Source: Eukaryota sp. TZLM1-RC (Eukaryota; Protista; Metamonada: BaSk clade). Taken from it: DNA of 64,000 nucleotides. Location: assembly GCA_040285825.1 (NCBI GenBank), contig JAUPSS010000014.1:252337-316336 (forward strand), read 5' to 3'. The notes beneath the pieces were generated by a model. That model saw only the letters and a list, made by a program, of their open reading frames with translations. It was not told where the DNA came from and made no database searches. Positions 1 to 11,403 of the stretch are shown piece after piece (within the stretch, counting starts at the first letter, position 1; every line of letters begins with the position of its first letter). The position numbers and the translations under genes were made by a program.

Positions 1-31
1 ATCCTCTAAATAATTATTAATATAAAACATT

Positions 32-1126
32 TTGTTTAAAGTTTTTTAATTTATTGAGATAAGAATCACACCCATCTAGAATTCAATATCCTCCAAACAA
101 GTGTCACTATTACTAAACCTACTCACAGCATTACGTTCATATTCTACACCAATAGCTAAAGGTGCCTTTGAAATCATTGTTGAAATAGACTTGAAAATGT
201 AAAAAACAATTCTATTTAACTAGAAAGTGGAATTCATTGTTTTACCAGACCTATTCAGTAACACTTTTTTGAAATCTTCAAAAAAGTGCAAGCCTGAAGG
301 TCCAATATTGCCATAAAGAGAAATCGCAAACGGCACAAACTGATATTTCACATGTTCTACTCTACCTAACTGTGCCAAAGGTTCTTCATATTTTTTTATC
401 TTCTTTTTTCGGCGTTAGATAACGGCGAATCAGCGGAATACACTAAACGAGCAGCAGAATTTTTGCAAACATCAACTGAGACAACATCTACAACATTGAG
501 AACACCATCGATCCCTGGAGCTACTAAATCTGCCCTTCTTTTACCAAAGGAATCATCAGTTTGATCTGAAGACAGCTTACGTACTAATGGCTCAATAAAC
601 GCCTCTATATTGAAACTTTTGCACATAGCATATAATTGATCACGAACTGAGTCATGAACACTTGAGCGATAAGTTATGAAATACTTACAGTTTAAAATAT
701 GGGAAAGCGTAACAACACTCTTGCAGCGACAAATTACATCATTTGGTAAAGAACAAGGCCATAGAAAACATCTCATTCTCATTGCAGTGGTCCATTGGTG
801 ATCATTAAATAGAAGGCCATAAATGTTGGGAATTTGGGAGATTAGGCAACTTGAGCAACTGTCTTCAAGATCAATCAAAAAGTTTGCAAAAACGGGATAT
901 TTTTCTTCAGCCAAGCTAAGACGTACAATATAATCCAAGTTTTCTAAAATTTTCATGATTTTTTTTCTTCAATTTTGCAAAAGTCAGTGGTAAGGAGAGC
1001 AAGCTTCTTGCAGGAAGTTCCACAATATCAGAGGGGAAAAATTTAGACCAAATATTGGGGGAAAGAATTTCAATTTCCTGTTGCAAAAAAATGAGATAAG
1101 AGCTGCCACAATTTTCAATGAGATTA
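32..1126 (-). mobile_element. CRE-like non-LTR retrotransposon family B, 5'-truncated
   Basis: CCHC-like motif (CRC..HILNC) and RLE motif (RRADL..VDVVSVD..EK); ends DIEF*-AATAAA; 16-bp TSD ATTAATATAAAACATT at 16-31 and 1127-1142; close homologue of 3558-4448. Confidence 0.85.
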
Positions 1127-1176
1127 ATTAATATAAAACATTGCCCTAAAATAGTAATTTGATTTTGATGAAAAAT

Positions 1177-1568
1177 GGATGCTCTGGATTTTAAAGCAAA
1201 AGAGAAACATAGAAAATATGATAAAGATATTGAAGAGGCAAATGTCGATAGAAATACACAGCTGGTTTTTATTGCTTTCCCATTTTCGATAAATGGAAGA
1301 TTATCAATTGAAGCAGAAACTTTTTTGGATAACTTCCAAAAAATAATGCAAGAAAAAACAATGAAAAGATTTGATATTTTTTTATGGCGTTCACGAATTC
1401 AATTTGCCATTATTAGTAGATTACCGCGGTTTTTCAATCGAATTAGAGAAGCTTTAGCTAGACAGCAAGCAAATCAAGATTTTGTAGAGGAAATCTTGGT
1501 TTAATGATAGTCGTCCCATTAGTTATGAGTTAATTTAATTAAGTGTGCAAATTCAATAAATACATTTA
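1177..1568 (+). mobile_element. CRE-like family A 3' fragment
   Basis: ORF end ARQQANQDFVEEILV plus the family 3'UTR ending CAATAAA; TSD ATGAAAAAT at 1168-1176 and 1569-1577. Confidence 0.9.
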
Positions 1569-2786
1569 ATGAAAAATCAAATTTTAAATACTTTTCCCTT
1601 TTAGAATTACTGGGAAGTAAAAGAGGGATCTGGTCATTAATGAAAAGCGAAGTAATTGATGAGACTTTGTTTCTCATTGCAGAAGTTTCGCCATCAATAT
1701 CTCTACATCCTTCTAGAAGGATGGATTTAACTTTGTTGATGAATGATGAGAAGTTTTTCTTATCTTGCTTTTTCAGGACGTTGCTGTTTCTCTTAACATC
1801 ATAATAAAACATCGACAAACCGATCCAAGAAATCACAGTAATGCTTCTGGATGCTATTTTTGAAATTCACAATCAGTTTGTCAATTGTGCAATACAAAAT
1901 ATTACTGATTCCCTTTTTTGATAAAACTTTTGAAACAAGTTTTTCTTTAAAGTGTTGGTGATAGAATTCCAACAACGGGGCACAACGAGAATTTTGCAAA
2001 GCTGTTGTTGTCTTTGCGTTAAGGAAACTTTCGTCCTCGTATTGGGACGTGACCACAAGAAAAGCGTCAAGAAATAATTGGGTTTCAATTTTGGGTAAAA
2101 TAGGATTTGGGTTCAAGTCAAAAAGATGCAAATAATAACCACAAATGAATTCTAAACCAACAATAGAAATTTCCTGACACCTAATTACTGCCTCATCGAT
2201 CACTTCAATCATTTTCGCATCTCTGATGACATTTTTTAGACTGTCCTTATAACCATCATAAGGTTTATGTTTAACAGTTTCCATGAATTGGTCATTGTTA
2301 AAGAAATTAAATAATTTCATGGTTAAATCTGTATCCCTTAAACAATAAACTGCAACTGCAGTTCTTCTTTGGGATAAGGAAAAATCTGAGAAGGTATCAT
2401 CTTCTTGAACCTTCCAATACTTTGCAATATATTGAGGATCAAGGTCAATTTTACTTTCCCCTAATAAAACTTTAGAAACTGTGTTGAGTTTGCGTGGTTG
2501 ATAATAATTTGTGTAAAAACTACAAGTATCAACAACAAATCGACCAGCAATTAAGGGGTTCAAGTGTTTGTGATTCAATTCTATTAAATTTGAGTTATAG
2601 AATTGAACCCATTCGGTAGCACCGATTTCACCCTTAAAAAAGTCCTCATTTTCAGAACGTTTCATAATATGTGGAATGTCAAATTTGAGAATATTGAAAC
2701 CACATATTATATGAGGATTATAAGTTTCAAATAATTTTTTAAATGAACTCAGCAATTCTTTTTCAGAGGAATGATGATATAAAGCT

Positions 2787-3072
2787 ATGGCATGTGCTCC
2801 TCTTGAGAGGAAACAAAACACTGCCGTTGTTCAACCTTCTCATAAACATCGTTCTGCTTCTCCTGAAGTGCGTTCTTTCTCGCCCCCTCATAAACGTAGA
2901 CATTCTGACAACGAAGATGACTATAGAATCAAAGTCAAACGCTCTTCATCCCGCCATTACCGCCGCCGTACTATTACCGTATTTCTGTCAAACTAATCCG
3001 TGATCGTAATGGAAAAAGTATAGGTATGGGGTAAGTTGAATTTCCCAGCAAAGATTATGTTTTGAAGGCTGT
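2787..3072 (+). pseudogene. RS/RRM splicing-factor (RBM39-like) gene fragment
   Basis: RS-rich stretch, RNP2-like RTITVFLSN, then a decayed IRDRNGK/RNP1 segment in another frame; second copy at 17739-17880. Confidence 0.5.
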
Positions 3073-3557
3073 TTTGTACCTCATTTTCAATAGAAAATTT
3101 CATTGAAAAAGAAATTTGTTCTGTAAATTTGATGTTCTGAAAGTAATTACACCATGTCTACACCTTTTGCCATCTTGTACTTTCAGCTCAACAATAGAAA
3201 ACATTGTTAGCAACCTGTTGAAATCAAGCTCAAAAATGTTTTTAATTTTTGATCTCCACCAAAATGACTGGTTATCATATTTGAGTAGCTTTGACAAGCT
3301 TCGACCATTTGATTAAGTCACATTTGAACGCTTATTCAACAATTTTATGCTGACTCGGCTATATTGTTTCCTGATGTCGAATTATTAAAAAGTACCTCGT
3401 TAATTACTTGTCGGTATAAGAAACCCAACGAAGCCAAGAATCTCACGTTGCGTTTTTGTCCAATCACTAAATCAACTATAACTCCAGTGATAATCTACTA
3501 CTACTGCACTATTCTCATATTCTGGTATCGTGGAATTTTCAGTAGACAAGTTACCGT

Positions 3558-4448
3558 CTTAGCTTGGCTAAGGAAAAAAATCCCGTTTTTGCAAACTTTT
3601 TGATTGATCTTGAAGACAGTTGCTCAAGTTGCTTAATCTCCCAAATTCCCAACATTTACGGCCTTCTACTTAATGATCACCAATGGACCACTGCAATGAG
3701 ATTGAGATGTTTTCTATGGCCTTGTTCATTGCCAAATGATTTAATTTGTCGCTGCAAGAGTGTTGTTACGCTTTCCCATATTTTAAACTGTAAGTATTTC
3801 ATAACTTATCGCTCACTTGTTCATGACTCAGTTCGTGATCAATTATATGCCATGTGCAAAAATTTTAATATAGAGGCATTTATTGAGCCACTAGTACGTA
3901 AGCTGTCTTCAGATCAAACTGATGATTCCTTTGGTAAAAGAAGGGCAGATTTAGTAGCTCCAGGGATCGATGGTGTTCTCAATGTTGTAGACGTTGTCTC
4001 AGTGGATGTTTGCAAAAATTCTGCTGCTCGTTTAGTGTATTCCGCTGACTCGCCGTTATCTAACGCCGAAAAAAAGAAGATAAAAAAATATGAAGAACCT
4101 TTGGCACAGTTAGGTAGAGTGGAACATGTGAAATATCAGTTTGTGCCGTTTGCAATTTCTCTTTTTGGCAATATTGGACCTTCAGGCTTGCACTTTTTGG
4201 AAAATTTTAAAAAAGTGTTACTGAATAGGTCTGGTAAAACAATGAACTCCACTTTCTGGTTAAATAGAATTGTTTTTTGCATTTTCAAGTCCATTCCAAC
4301 AATGATTTCAAAGGCACTTTTAGCTATTGGTGTAGAATATGAACGTAATGCTGTGAGTAGGTTCAGTAATAGTGACGCTTGTTTGGAGGATATTGAATTC
4401 TAGATGGTTATTTTTATCTCAATAAATATTCCAGTTTTTTAAAAAAAA
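3558..4448 (+). mobile_element. CRE-like family B, 5'-truncated
   Basis: ORF 3564-4403 with zinc-knuckle and RLE motifs; AATAAA and A-tail; 10-bp TSD AAGTTACCGT at 3548-3557 and 4449-4458. Confidence 0.9.
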
Positions 4449-4608
4449 AAGTTACCGTTGTTCCATTAAACACTACAACTATATTAAAATATTTTCAATT
4501 AGTGATTTTGAACTTTTATAGGAAAAATAATTTCAAATTTTAAACAAAGTGCTTCGAAAACAGATTTTGAAAGGTATTTAATTTTTCCTTCTGGCTAACT
4601 AAAACGAA

Positions 4609-4973
4609 ATTTATTAAACTTACACACTTGAAAACATAAACTCGCAACTAATGGGACGAAATTCATTGAGCCAAGATTTCCTTTACAAAATCTTGATCTG
4701 CTTGCTGTCTAGCCAAAGCTTCTCTAATTAGATTGAAAAACCGAGGTAATCTATTAAGAATGGCAAATTGAATTCGACAGCGCAGCGCCATAAAGAGATA
4801 TCAAATCTTTTCATAGTTTTTTCTTGACCCATTTTTTGGAAATCCTTCAAAGAAGTTCCTGCTTCTACTGATAGTCTTCCGTTTATAGAAAATGGGAAAG
4901 CAATAAAAACAAGAGGTCTATTTCTTTCAGCGTCAGCTTCTTCAATATCTTTGTCATATTTTCTATGTTTTCT
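4609..4973 (-). mobile_element. CRE-like family A 3' fragment, diverged
   Basis: Reverse complement matches the family A C-terminus and 3'UTR (..gtcccattagtt..). Confidence 0.8.
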
Positions 4974-5757
4974 TTGGCTCTGTTTAGTTGTTTTTTGTAT
5001 CTTTAACGTACTTCAACCATGACCAGTAAAGTTATGTGAATATATACCACCTGTCGTAAATAGGTAAATTAATTTGATTCTTCTATCGACGACATTGGAT
5101 TCAGATTATGCGACTATCAATGAGGATATTTTCTTCTATCATGGAACTCCCATATCAAATTGATAAAACAAAAGGCCACCGCCACAGATTTTTTGTGGTG
5201 TCATTCATAATTTAAATTAGTTGCTGCCATTGAATTCTTGAAGAATGATAGTTTTCCCTATTTTTGAACTATTTTCAACAGCATTGAATTGAGTTATTAA
5301 TCTGAACATTATACAGAACATTTGATTTTAACGAATTAGACACATTGTGTGTTATGTTTACCAAATAGCAACACGTCTTGGAGCATAAATGTAACATAAC
5401 ACTTATCAAGAAGTTATTGAACCCAACAAATAAAGAAACTGAGAATGTGTTAATCAGAAACCTATATCTCCTCCAATATGAGGAGAAATATCTCAAGACA
5501 TTGTCTATTGACCTTAAGTAATAAAAGTCACAAATCTAAATCTGTAGCAGATTGGGAAGGAACCTTATCCCAGTTCAATTGCAAAAGATTGTACATATTA
5601 GTTCAGCGCTTCAAAAGAGTAATTGGTGATCTCAGTCAAGTTGTTATTGGGATTAGAGATTGAAGATGACGAATGCTTTTGAAATTCAAATAATTATAAA
5701 TCAAAGGTTTTTAAACGGGGAAACACTATTTCTCAAACGCTGAATCCCTCAATATTG

Positions 5758-8700
5758 ATGGATACCTCTATCTTTCAGAAACTCTCCAATGGTGACATAT
5801 CTGTTGACAAAATAGAATCTGTGTTAGATGAGTCGTTCTTTGGCTCTACTTCAACTTCAAAGGAACATCTCAAAGCTGCTCCTTCTTCAAATTGCACTCA
5901 CGTATGGAAGCACAGTGAGCTTGCTTTTGCATGTGCCACGTGTGAGGACGATCCCACTGCTGCTCTCTGCTTTTCCTGTTTCCTTGCTGGTGATCACTCC
6001 AACCATTCATGGAGACTTTTGAGAGTCAATGCTGGTAGATGTGATTGCGGTTCCAGCTCCATTAACCACAAAACCGGGAAATCTCTTACCTGCAAGTTCC
6101 ATCCTACTCCAATTACTTCTACGTCCACATCTACCTCTCTCCCTTCTGGTTTCCCTTCTCCACTAGAATTTTTTTCGGCTGTTCTTGAGTTCATTAACAA
6201 CAGAGTAGAGGCTTTTTCTTTTACTTCCCCATTTGGCGAAGATCCTGTTCTGGAAGTAGTTTCTACCTGGACACGTGAAGTTGCCGACCTCCATGAAGGT
6301 TTCCGCTATCATTTAGCATCACTTCTTTCCCCTTCCAATGTTTCATCCTATCTCTTGGCATCCATTCACCCTTCTAAAGCCGGACATTCTATTTCTGATC
6401 TGCTCTATAGTTTCCTTTCTGTTGTTGAATTTAGATCTCTTTTATTAGAAGTTTATTCTAGCAATTATGTTTCATTAGCTGAAAAGGTCATTTTCATTAA
6501 ACAAAACATTGATGAGTATAATGACAAGCTATTCGGGAATTTTGGCGTCCAATTATTTACCATTGCAGATCTTGTTCCTTCAATTAATGGCAAGTTGAAT
6601 GGACAAATGATGGTTTCTTTGTTTTCTGCCTTTAATTTGGTTTTAAATGTTAGTAAAAACAATTATATCCCATTTTCTGGGCTTATTTCAGCTATTGGTG
6701 GAGATTTAATCTTTACTTTGAATTATCCTCAAATTAGATCTTTTATTACCCATAATTACTCCCAATTTACTTCAATTTTTTCAGATTTAATTTCCCTTTA
6801 CAAGCACGAACACAGAGCATTTGAGTATAAAAGAAGAGGAAAATCTGACGAATTTTATGATGACCCCGTAGTTCCAAGTCCTGAATGGTCAAGAAGTATT
6901 ACGGTTCAATTCTTGGTATTTAATATTATTAGTAAATTAGTTGGTGAATTAGAAGATTCTATTGACAAGATTGCTGAATCAACCCCGGAATCTCTTGAGT
7001 TAATGAAGTTGTTAGCCAGAATAATTATAAATGTTATCCCTCAAGCCACCAGTAACAGCGTTTTGAACGAGAAAGTCTCTCTTCATTACCCTTTACATCG
7101 GTTGTTAGCGTTTCTAGTTAAAATTATTTCGGCATCTGAGGAATTTAATCCGCTTGATTATGCTAATGTGGAGTTTTGGTTGAGTCAGACGATTCCAATA
7201 TCAGAAGCCTTTGCCTTTTCCTCTTTTGTTAATGCACAATTGTTTAAAAAGAATGGTCTACATCCCTATTTAGAAGTGAAAGAAAGGCCAACTTCTTTTA
7301 GTTTGTTCAGGGATTATGATTTATTTTTCCTTCAGATTTGTGCAAGTGTTGCTATAACTAACCAAAAAATTGATAAATTTATCGAAATTTTGGCTAATTC
7401 TTACTCGGTATGGACCAATCAAGTTTTCAATCTCTCTTTACCATTGGATGACAACATTGAACGCCACACGTCTACTGCTTTTGATTTCTTTTGTTTAATT
7501 TACAGAATTATTGTTGAACGTTTTGGGTGCACTTCTCTGTTGGGAATTGTTAAGCAAGACTTAATACATCAATTAGCTAGCAAAGATAAACCATTTTCCC
7601 AGCTCATAAGGCACTTGACTTTCTTTGACTCATCTAAATTTGATCTTATTAATGACCTTTTAAGTGATGTTGCTGTTTTCAGGGAGCCTACTGAAGTGTC
7701 GTCTGGATATTATATTTTAAAATCCATCATTTGGGAGAAAGTTGATCTCTTTTACCCTCATTTGACTGCCGAAAAGATTGAAAATTTGACTCAGAGATCA
7801 GCAGACACGCGAGTAAAGATCATGATGAGGCCAGGTGACCTTGATGATCATTTTTCTTATTTAAATTGTTTAAGTTGTATTTTAAATTCAAATGTCTTGA
7901 ATGGATTAATTTGGTGTAGCGTTTATTCATCTTTTTCTAGATCAAATCAAGTCAATAAGCCCTTAGAATTAGGTATAAGGTTGCTTTATTTATCCATTTG
8001 TGAAGAATTTAAAAGAAAATCTATTTCTGATGCCACAGGAATAATTGAAAATTTTAGTGACATTCATGCTGACATCCCGACTGATCCCAACTCTGATCCT
8101 TTTGACACTTTGAAATATTGTTACACCAAATTTCCTATTCCCAACCAGTCACAAATGTCACTTATAGATTTAATGGCTGGTCTAGGTCAAAAAACTCACG
8201 CTTCGTTATTGCTTCCTCTAATCAAACAGTTTTTAATTGTTGCTGCCCCCCATGTAATCAATGAAACGTCATCAACTGGACCTTCTAATGCCAAGAAACG
8301 GCAAGCGGCTATTCTTGCCCACATGCAAAGGCAGCAAGCAATGGCTTTGGAACTATTATCAGGAGAGATTTCCGAAGAAGAAGAGCCTCTTGCTGATCAG
8401 AAGGCTCATCTTGAAAATATTTCTTCTCTCAATATCGGATGTATTGACTTGAGTAACTCTGTTTGTGCTTATTGTCGACAACAAGTGTCAGATCAGGATT
8501 CTTCAGGATTCTTTTGTCACGTGACCAGAACAGCTCAACTTGATTATCTACTGAGAGAAGAGAGGGGTCCCAAGCTACCAAAAGTAGAACAATTGCTGAA
8601 CACCCCAATCAACACGGTTTCTGATCTTCCTGCATATGACTCTGATTCAGAAATGGAAGGTGAAGATCAAATGAGTGCTAATGAAGGTGATGTAGACATG

Positions 8701-10503
8701 GAAGAAGTAGAATATGATTGGGGGGAAGGTGATGACGTGATGGATGACGTGGAGGTTGTGTATGAGGATGGACAATCCTTTGAAGAGGAGCAGTATTCTT
8801 CCAGTTCAGAGCCTAATGATGATGCCTTACCCATGGATATTATTGAACGAGTTTTTGGTCGTTTCATCCAATCCCACCAATCACAACAACCTCCAGTTAG
8901 ACCTCTAGGCTCAGGAGATGGTAGGTTTGGTGCTAAGGTATCAGGTTGTGGGCACTTAATTCACACCAGATGTTTCCTTGCATTCTCAGAGACCTTGGAC
9001 CAGCAAGAAGACCATTCACTCAACCCAGAATGTTCTGAGTTTAGGTGTCCTCTCTGTAGGACTCTTTGCAATGCAGTTGTGCCTTTGATGGGTCACTACC
9101 ACTGCACTTCAGCTCATTTTACTCTGTCTGTCGGGACTCTGTCGGGAGAAAGTTTGGTCAGACGGGGATTGGAAATTCTTGATGATCCTATTGAGTTGAT
9201 CACTGGAAATTCTGTTGAAGTTGTAGGCACCGATGCACTTGCCTTCAACTCTTTTATCTCCCATGTAATTGCAAATAACGAAGGAGTATGCTTTAAATCT
9301 ATTGAGTTTGGTACCCCTCCAACAAGAGAAATTTCTGCCTTCAACATTGCTTCCTCTCTTTCTCACTCTCTTTCTTCATTGGAAATCCGTGCTAGGAGTG
9401 GTAATGGAATGCTATGCGATTCTGCTTCTTTTAAGGTATTGAAGGCAGTTTTGAGATCGATATTGGTTCAAATGAAATCATCTGGTTTCAGGTATTCTGA
9501 TATTAAGGCTAAATTCTTTGCAGATGATGGAAATTTATCTTTGAATTGCCACTTTCAGTTTCCTTTGGTTATGCTCATTTTGACTGGCTGTTGTTCTCTT
9601 GAGTCTTTTTCGTCGGTTCTTTCCATTAGTTTTATGATTGCAGCCGCTAGAGCTGTCTTAGCGGCTCAATTGTATGGTAATTGCGTGTCATCTGATTACA
9701 CAACACCTTCACATGGTTCTTTTGAATTCCTTGTTGGTCAGGCTTTTTCTGGTTTCTCTGCTGAAATCTTAAACCAGAATCATTCGTTACCATCGTTTGA
9801 CAAGATTTTGTACTTTTTGGTACCCTTTATTCGTCGTGCTTGGTTGCTTTACCATGTTGCTTTTAAGAATGAACCACCAGCTGAAGTTTTTGAAGGTGAT
9901 ATTGTCACTTATTTTGCTCATTTAATGTCTAATTCTTCCTTAATGTTTGGGGTGAATAACCAATCTTTTCTTTATGAATTTCCAAGGTTTTATCGAATTC
10001 TTGGAATTCAGTCGAAATTTTCTGGACAATTTGCAATCGCCCCTTGCTTACCTTTCTCAATTGTTTCTCTTCCATCGTACTTCCACATTCTGTACTTCCA
10101 GAGCCGTAAGGTCAGTTGTGGGGACTGTGGGGAAGTTCCTCAATCCCCTGCTCTTTGTTTATCTTGTGGAAAAGTAGTCTGCATGGGTAACAAAAGATCT
10201 ATGCTTCCTGAAGTTGAACTCTTGGCAGGAGAGCTTTGGAAACATTGTTATTTGTGTACAGGCGGTTTTGGTGCTTTTCTCTTGCTTAATACCTGTAATG
10301 TACAATACTTAGACCATGGAAGAGTAGCTGATGGTGTACCTATCTACTTGGACCCTCACGGAGAATCTGATGCTCATCTGGCACGAGGTTTACCCCTAAT
10401 GTTGAATGAATTGAGAATCAAATCTTTGGAAAAACAAATTGGTGGCAATAGCTTCATTGTGGATACTGATAGGCTAGAGTTTGACGACGAATTCAATTTA
10501 TAA
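5758..10503 (+). CDS. UBR1: UBR1/UBR2-type N-end-rule E3 ubiquitin ligase
   Basis: N-terminal UBR box (C..VWK..CATCEDDPTAALCFSCF..H..H..CDCG); split RING-H2 (CAYC...SGCGHLIHTRC..EFRCPLCR); conserved C-terminus (CLSCG..YLDPHGESD..RGLPLML). Confidence 0.92.
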   Translation: MDTSIFQKLSNGDISVDKIESVLDESFFGSTSTSKEHLKAAPSSNCTHVWKHSELAFACATCEDDPTAALCFSCFLAGDHSNHSWRLLRVNAGRCDCGSSSINHKTGKSLTCKFHPTPITSTSTSTSLPSGFPSPLEFFSAVLEFINNRVEAFSFTSPFGEDPVLEVVSTWTREVADLHEGFRYHLASLLSPSNVSSYLLASIHPSKAGHSISDLLYSFLSVVEFRSLLLEVYSSNYVSLAEKVIFIKQNIDEYNDKLFGNFGVQLFTIADLVPSINGKLNGQMMVSLFSAFNLVLNVSKNNYIPFSGLISAIGGDLIFTLNYPQIRSFITHNYSQFTSIFSDLISLYKHEHRAFEYKRRGKSDEFYDDPVVPSPEWSRSITVQFLVFNIISKLVGELEDSIDKIAESTPESLELMKLLARIIINVIPQATSNSVLNEKVSLHYPLHRLLAFLVKIISASEEFNPLDYANVEFWLSQTIPISEAFAFSSFVNAQLFKKNGLHPYLEVKERPTSFSLFRDYDLFFLQICASVAITNQKIDKFIEILANSYSVWTNQVFNLSLPLDDNIERHTSTAFDFFCLIYRIIVERFGCTSLLGIVKQDLIHQLASKDKPFSQLIRHLTFFDSSKFDLINDLLSDVAVFREPTEVSSGYYILKSIIWEKVDLFYPHLTAEKIENLTQRSADTRVKIMMRPGDLDDHFSYLNCLSCILNSNVLNGLIWCSVYSSFSRSNQVNKPLELGIRLLYLSICEEFKRKSISDATGIIENFSDIHADIPTDPNSDPFDTLKYCYTKFPIPNQSQMSLIDLMAGLGQKTHASLLLPLIKQFLIVAAPHVINETSSTGPSNAKKRQAAILAHMQRQQAMALELLSGEISEEEEPLADQKAHLENISSLNIGCIDLSNSVCAYCRQQVSDQDSSGFFCHVTRTAQLDYLLREERGPKLPKVEQLLNTPINTVSDLPAYDSDSEMEGEDQMSANEGDVDMEEVEYDWGEGDDVMDDVEVVYEDGQSFEEEQYSSSSEPNDDALPMDIIERVFGRFIQSHQSQQPPVRPLGSGDGRFGAKVSGCGHLIHTRCFLAFSETLDQQEDHSLNPECSEFRCPLCRTLCNAVVPLMGHYHCTSAHFTLSVGTLSGESLVRRGLEILDDPIELITGNSVEVVGTDALAFNSFISHVIANNEGVCFKSIEFGTPPTREISAFNIASSLSHSLSSLEIRARSGNGMLCDSASFKVLKAVLRSILVQMKSSGFRYSDIKAKFFADDGNLSLNCHFQFPLVMLILTGCCSLESFSSVLSISFMIAAARAVLAAQLYGNCVSSDYTTPSHGSFEFLVGQAFSGFSAEILNQNHSLPSFDKILYFLVPFIRRAWLLYHVAFKNEPPAEVFEGDIVTYFAHLMSNSSLMFGVNNQSFLYEFPRFYRILGIQSKFSGQFAIAPCLPFSIVSLPSYFHILYFQSRKVSCGDCGEVPQSPALCLSCGKVVCMGNKRSMLPEVELLAGELWKHCYLCTGGFGAFLLLNTCNVQYLDHGRVADGVPIYLDPHGESDAHLARGLPLMLNELRIKSLEKQIGGNSFIVDTDRLEFDDEFNL

Positions 10504-10685
10504 TAATAATTCAACAATTATAAGTTGTTTTGTGCGAATAAATGGTAAATAAATTTAGTTTTTCAGTTCAACCCATTTCGTTAATTGAGTTATTTTGCAC
10601 TAATTATCAACGATACTTGTTGTGATACATTCTTAAACTGATGTTGGTCTAACAATTTTTAAGTTTAGAAATCAATAAATCACAA

Positions 10686-11192
10686 TGATAGAGGTGATGT
10701 ATACTGTGATTGGATTGATAATTCTGAAGCTATTGTTGACTTTGTCTCATGTAATGTTGCAAACGATACTTTGGTTCACAGAAGAAAACTTAATCCTGTG
10801 GCTGCTCTGGATTTTAAAGCAAAAGAAAAACATAGAAAATATGATAAAGAAATTGAAGATGCAAATATCGATAGAAATACACAGCTGGTTTTTATTGCTT
10901 TTCCATTTTCGATAAATGGAAGATTATCAGTTGAAGCAGAAACTTTTTTGGATGACTTCCAAAAAATGGTGAAAGAAAAAACAATGAAAAGATTTGATAT
11001 TTTTTTATGGCGTTCACGGATTCAATTTGCCATTATTAATAGATTACCGCGGTTTTTCAATCGAATTAGAGAAGCTTTAGCTAGACAGCAAGCAAATCAA
11101 GATTTTGTAGAGGAAATCTTGGTTTAATGATAGTCGTCCCATTAGTTATGATTTAATTTAATCAAGTGTGCAAATTCAATAAATTAATAAAT
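10686..11192 (+). mobile_element. CRE-like family A 3' fragment
   Basis: Near-identical to the 3' end of the long family A copies; 11-bp TSD ATAAATCACAA at 10675-10685 and 11193-11203. Confidence 0.9.
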
Positions 11193-11403
11193 ATAAATCA
11201 CAAAACATATTGTTAAATTCCTTCAATTTAGTTCAGGAATTCCAGATTATACAAAGCATTAATCATTTGAACAAGATTGCGCAAAGATTGACAATCTTTC
11301 AATTGTTTGAAGCTCTTACGGAATCCATACAGTCTGAAATCTACCGCTTTTTGTTTCTTTTTCATTTGTTTGGTTTTTTTTTCAGATTTCGTTTGACTCC
11401 AAA

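Larger units (their letters stand above)
1..2821 (-). pseudogene. Pol delta-like 3'-5' exonuclease domain fused to a Fanzor1-like N-terminal half; interrupted by two retrotransposons and one frameshift; continues past the window start
   Basis: ORF 1799-2821 has ExoII (GFNILKFDIPHI) and ExoIII (RRTAVAVYCLRDTDL) motifs. It continues without a stop into Fanzor1-like sequence (YKDSLKNVIRD..IDEAVIRCQEISIVGLEFICGYYL..NFKNSIQKHY). After a frameshift near 1810 it continues as ORF 1519-1836. Removing inserts 1177-1568 and 32-1126 at their TSDs gives in-frame LLPSNSKREKYLKFDFSSKSNYYFRAMFYINNYLED. Confidence 0.7.

Noticed and set aside
1799-2821. Polinton/virus DNA polymerase or host Pol delta gene
   Set aside because: No palm motifs (DxxSLYPS, YGDTDS) follow the exonuclease; the sequence switches to Fanzor-like motifs.
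3076-3547. Short ORFs here and at 5000-5700, 12916-13143 and 28300-28800
   Set aside because: No recognisable motifs; probably decayed sequence that cannot be assigned by eye.
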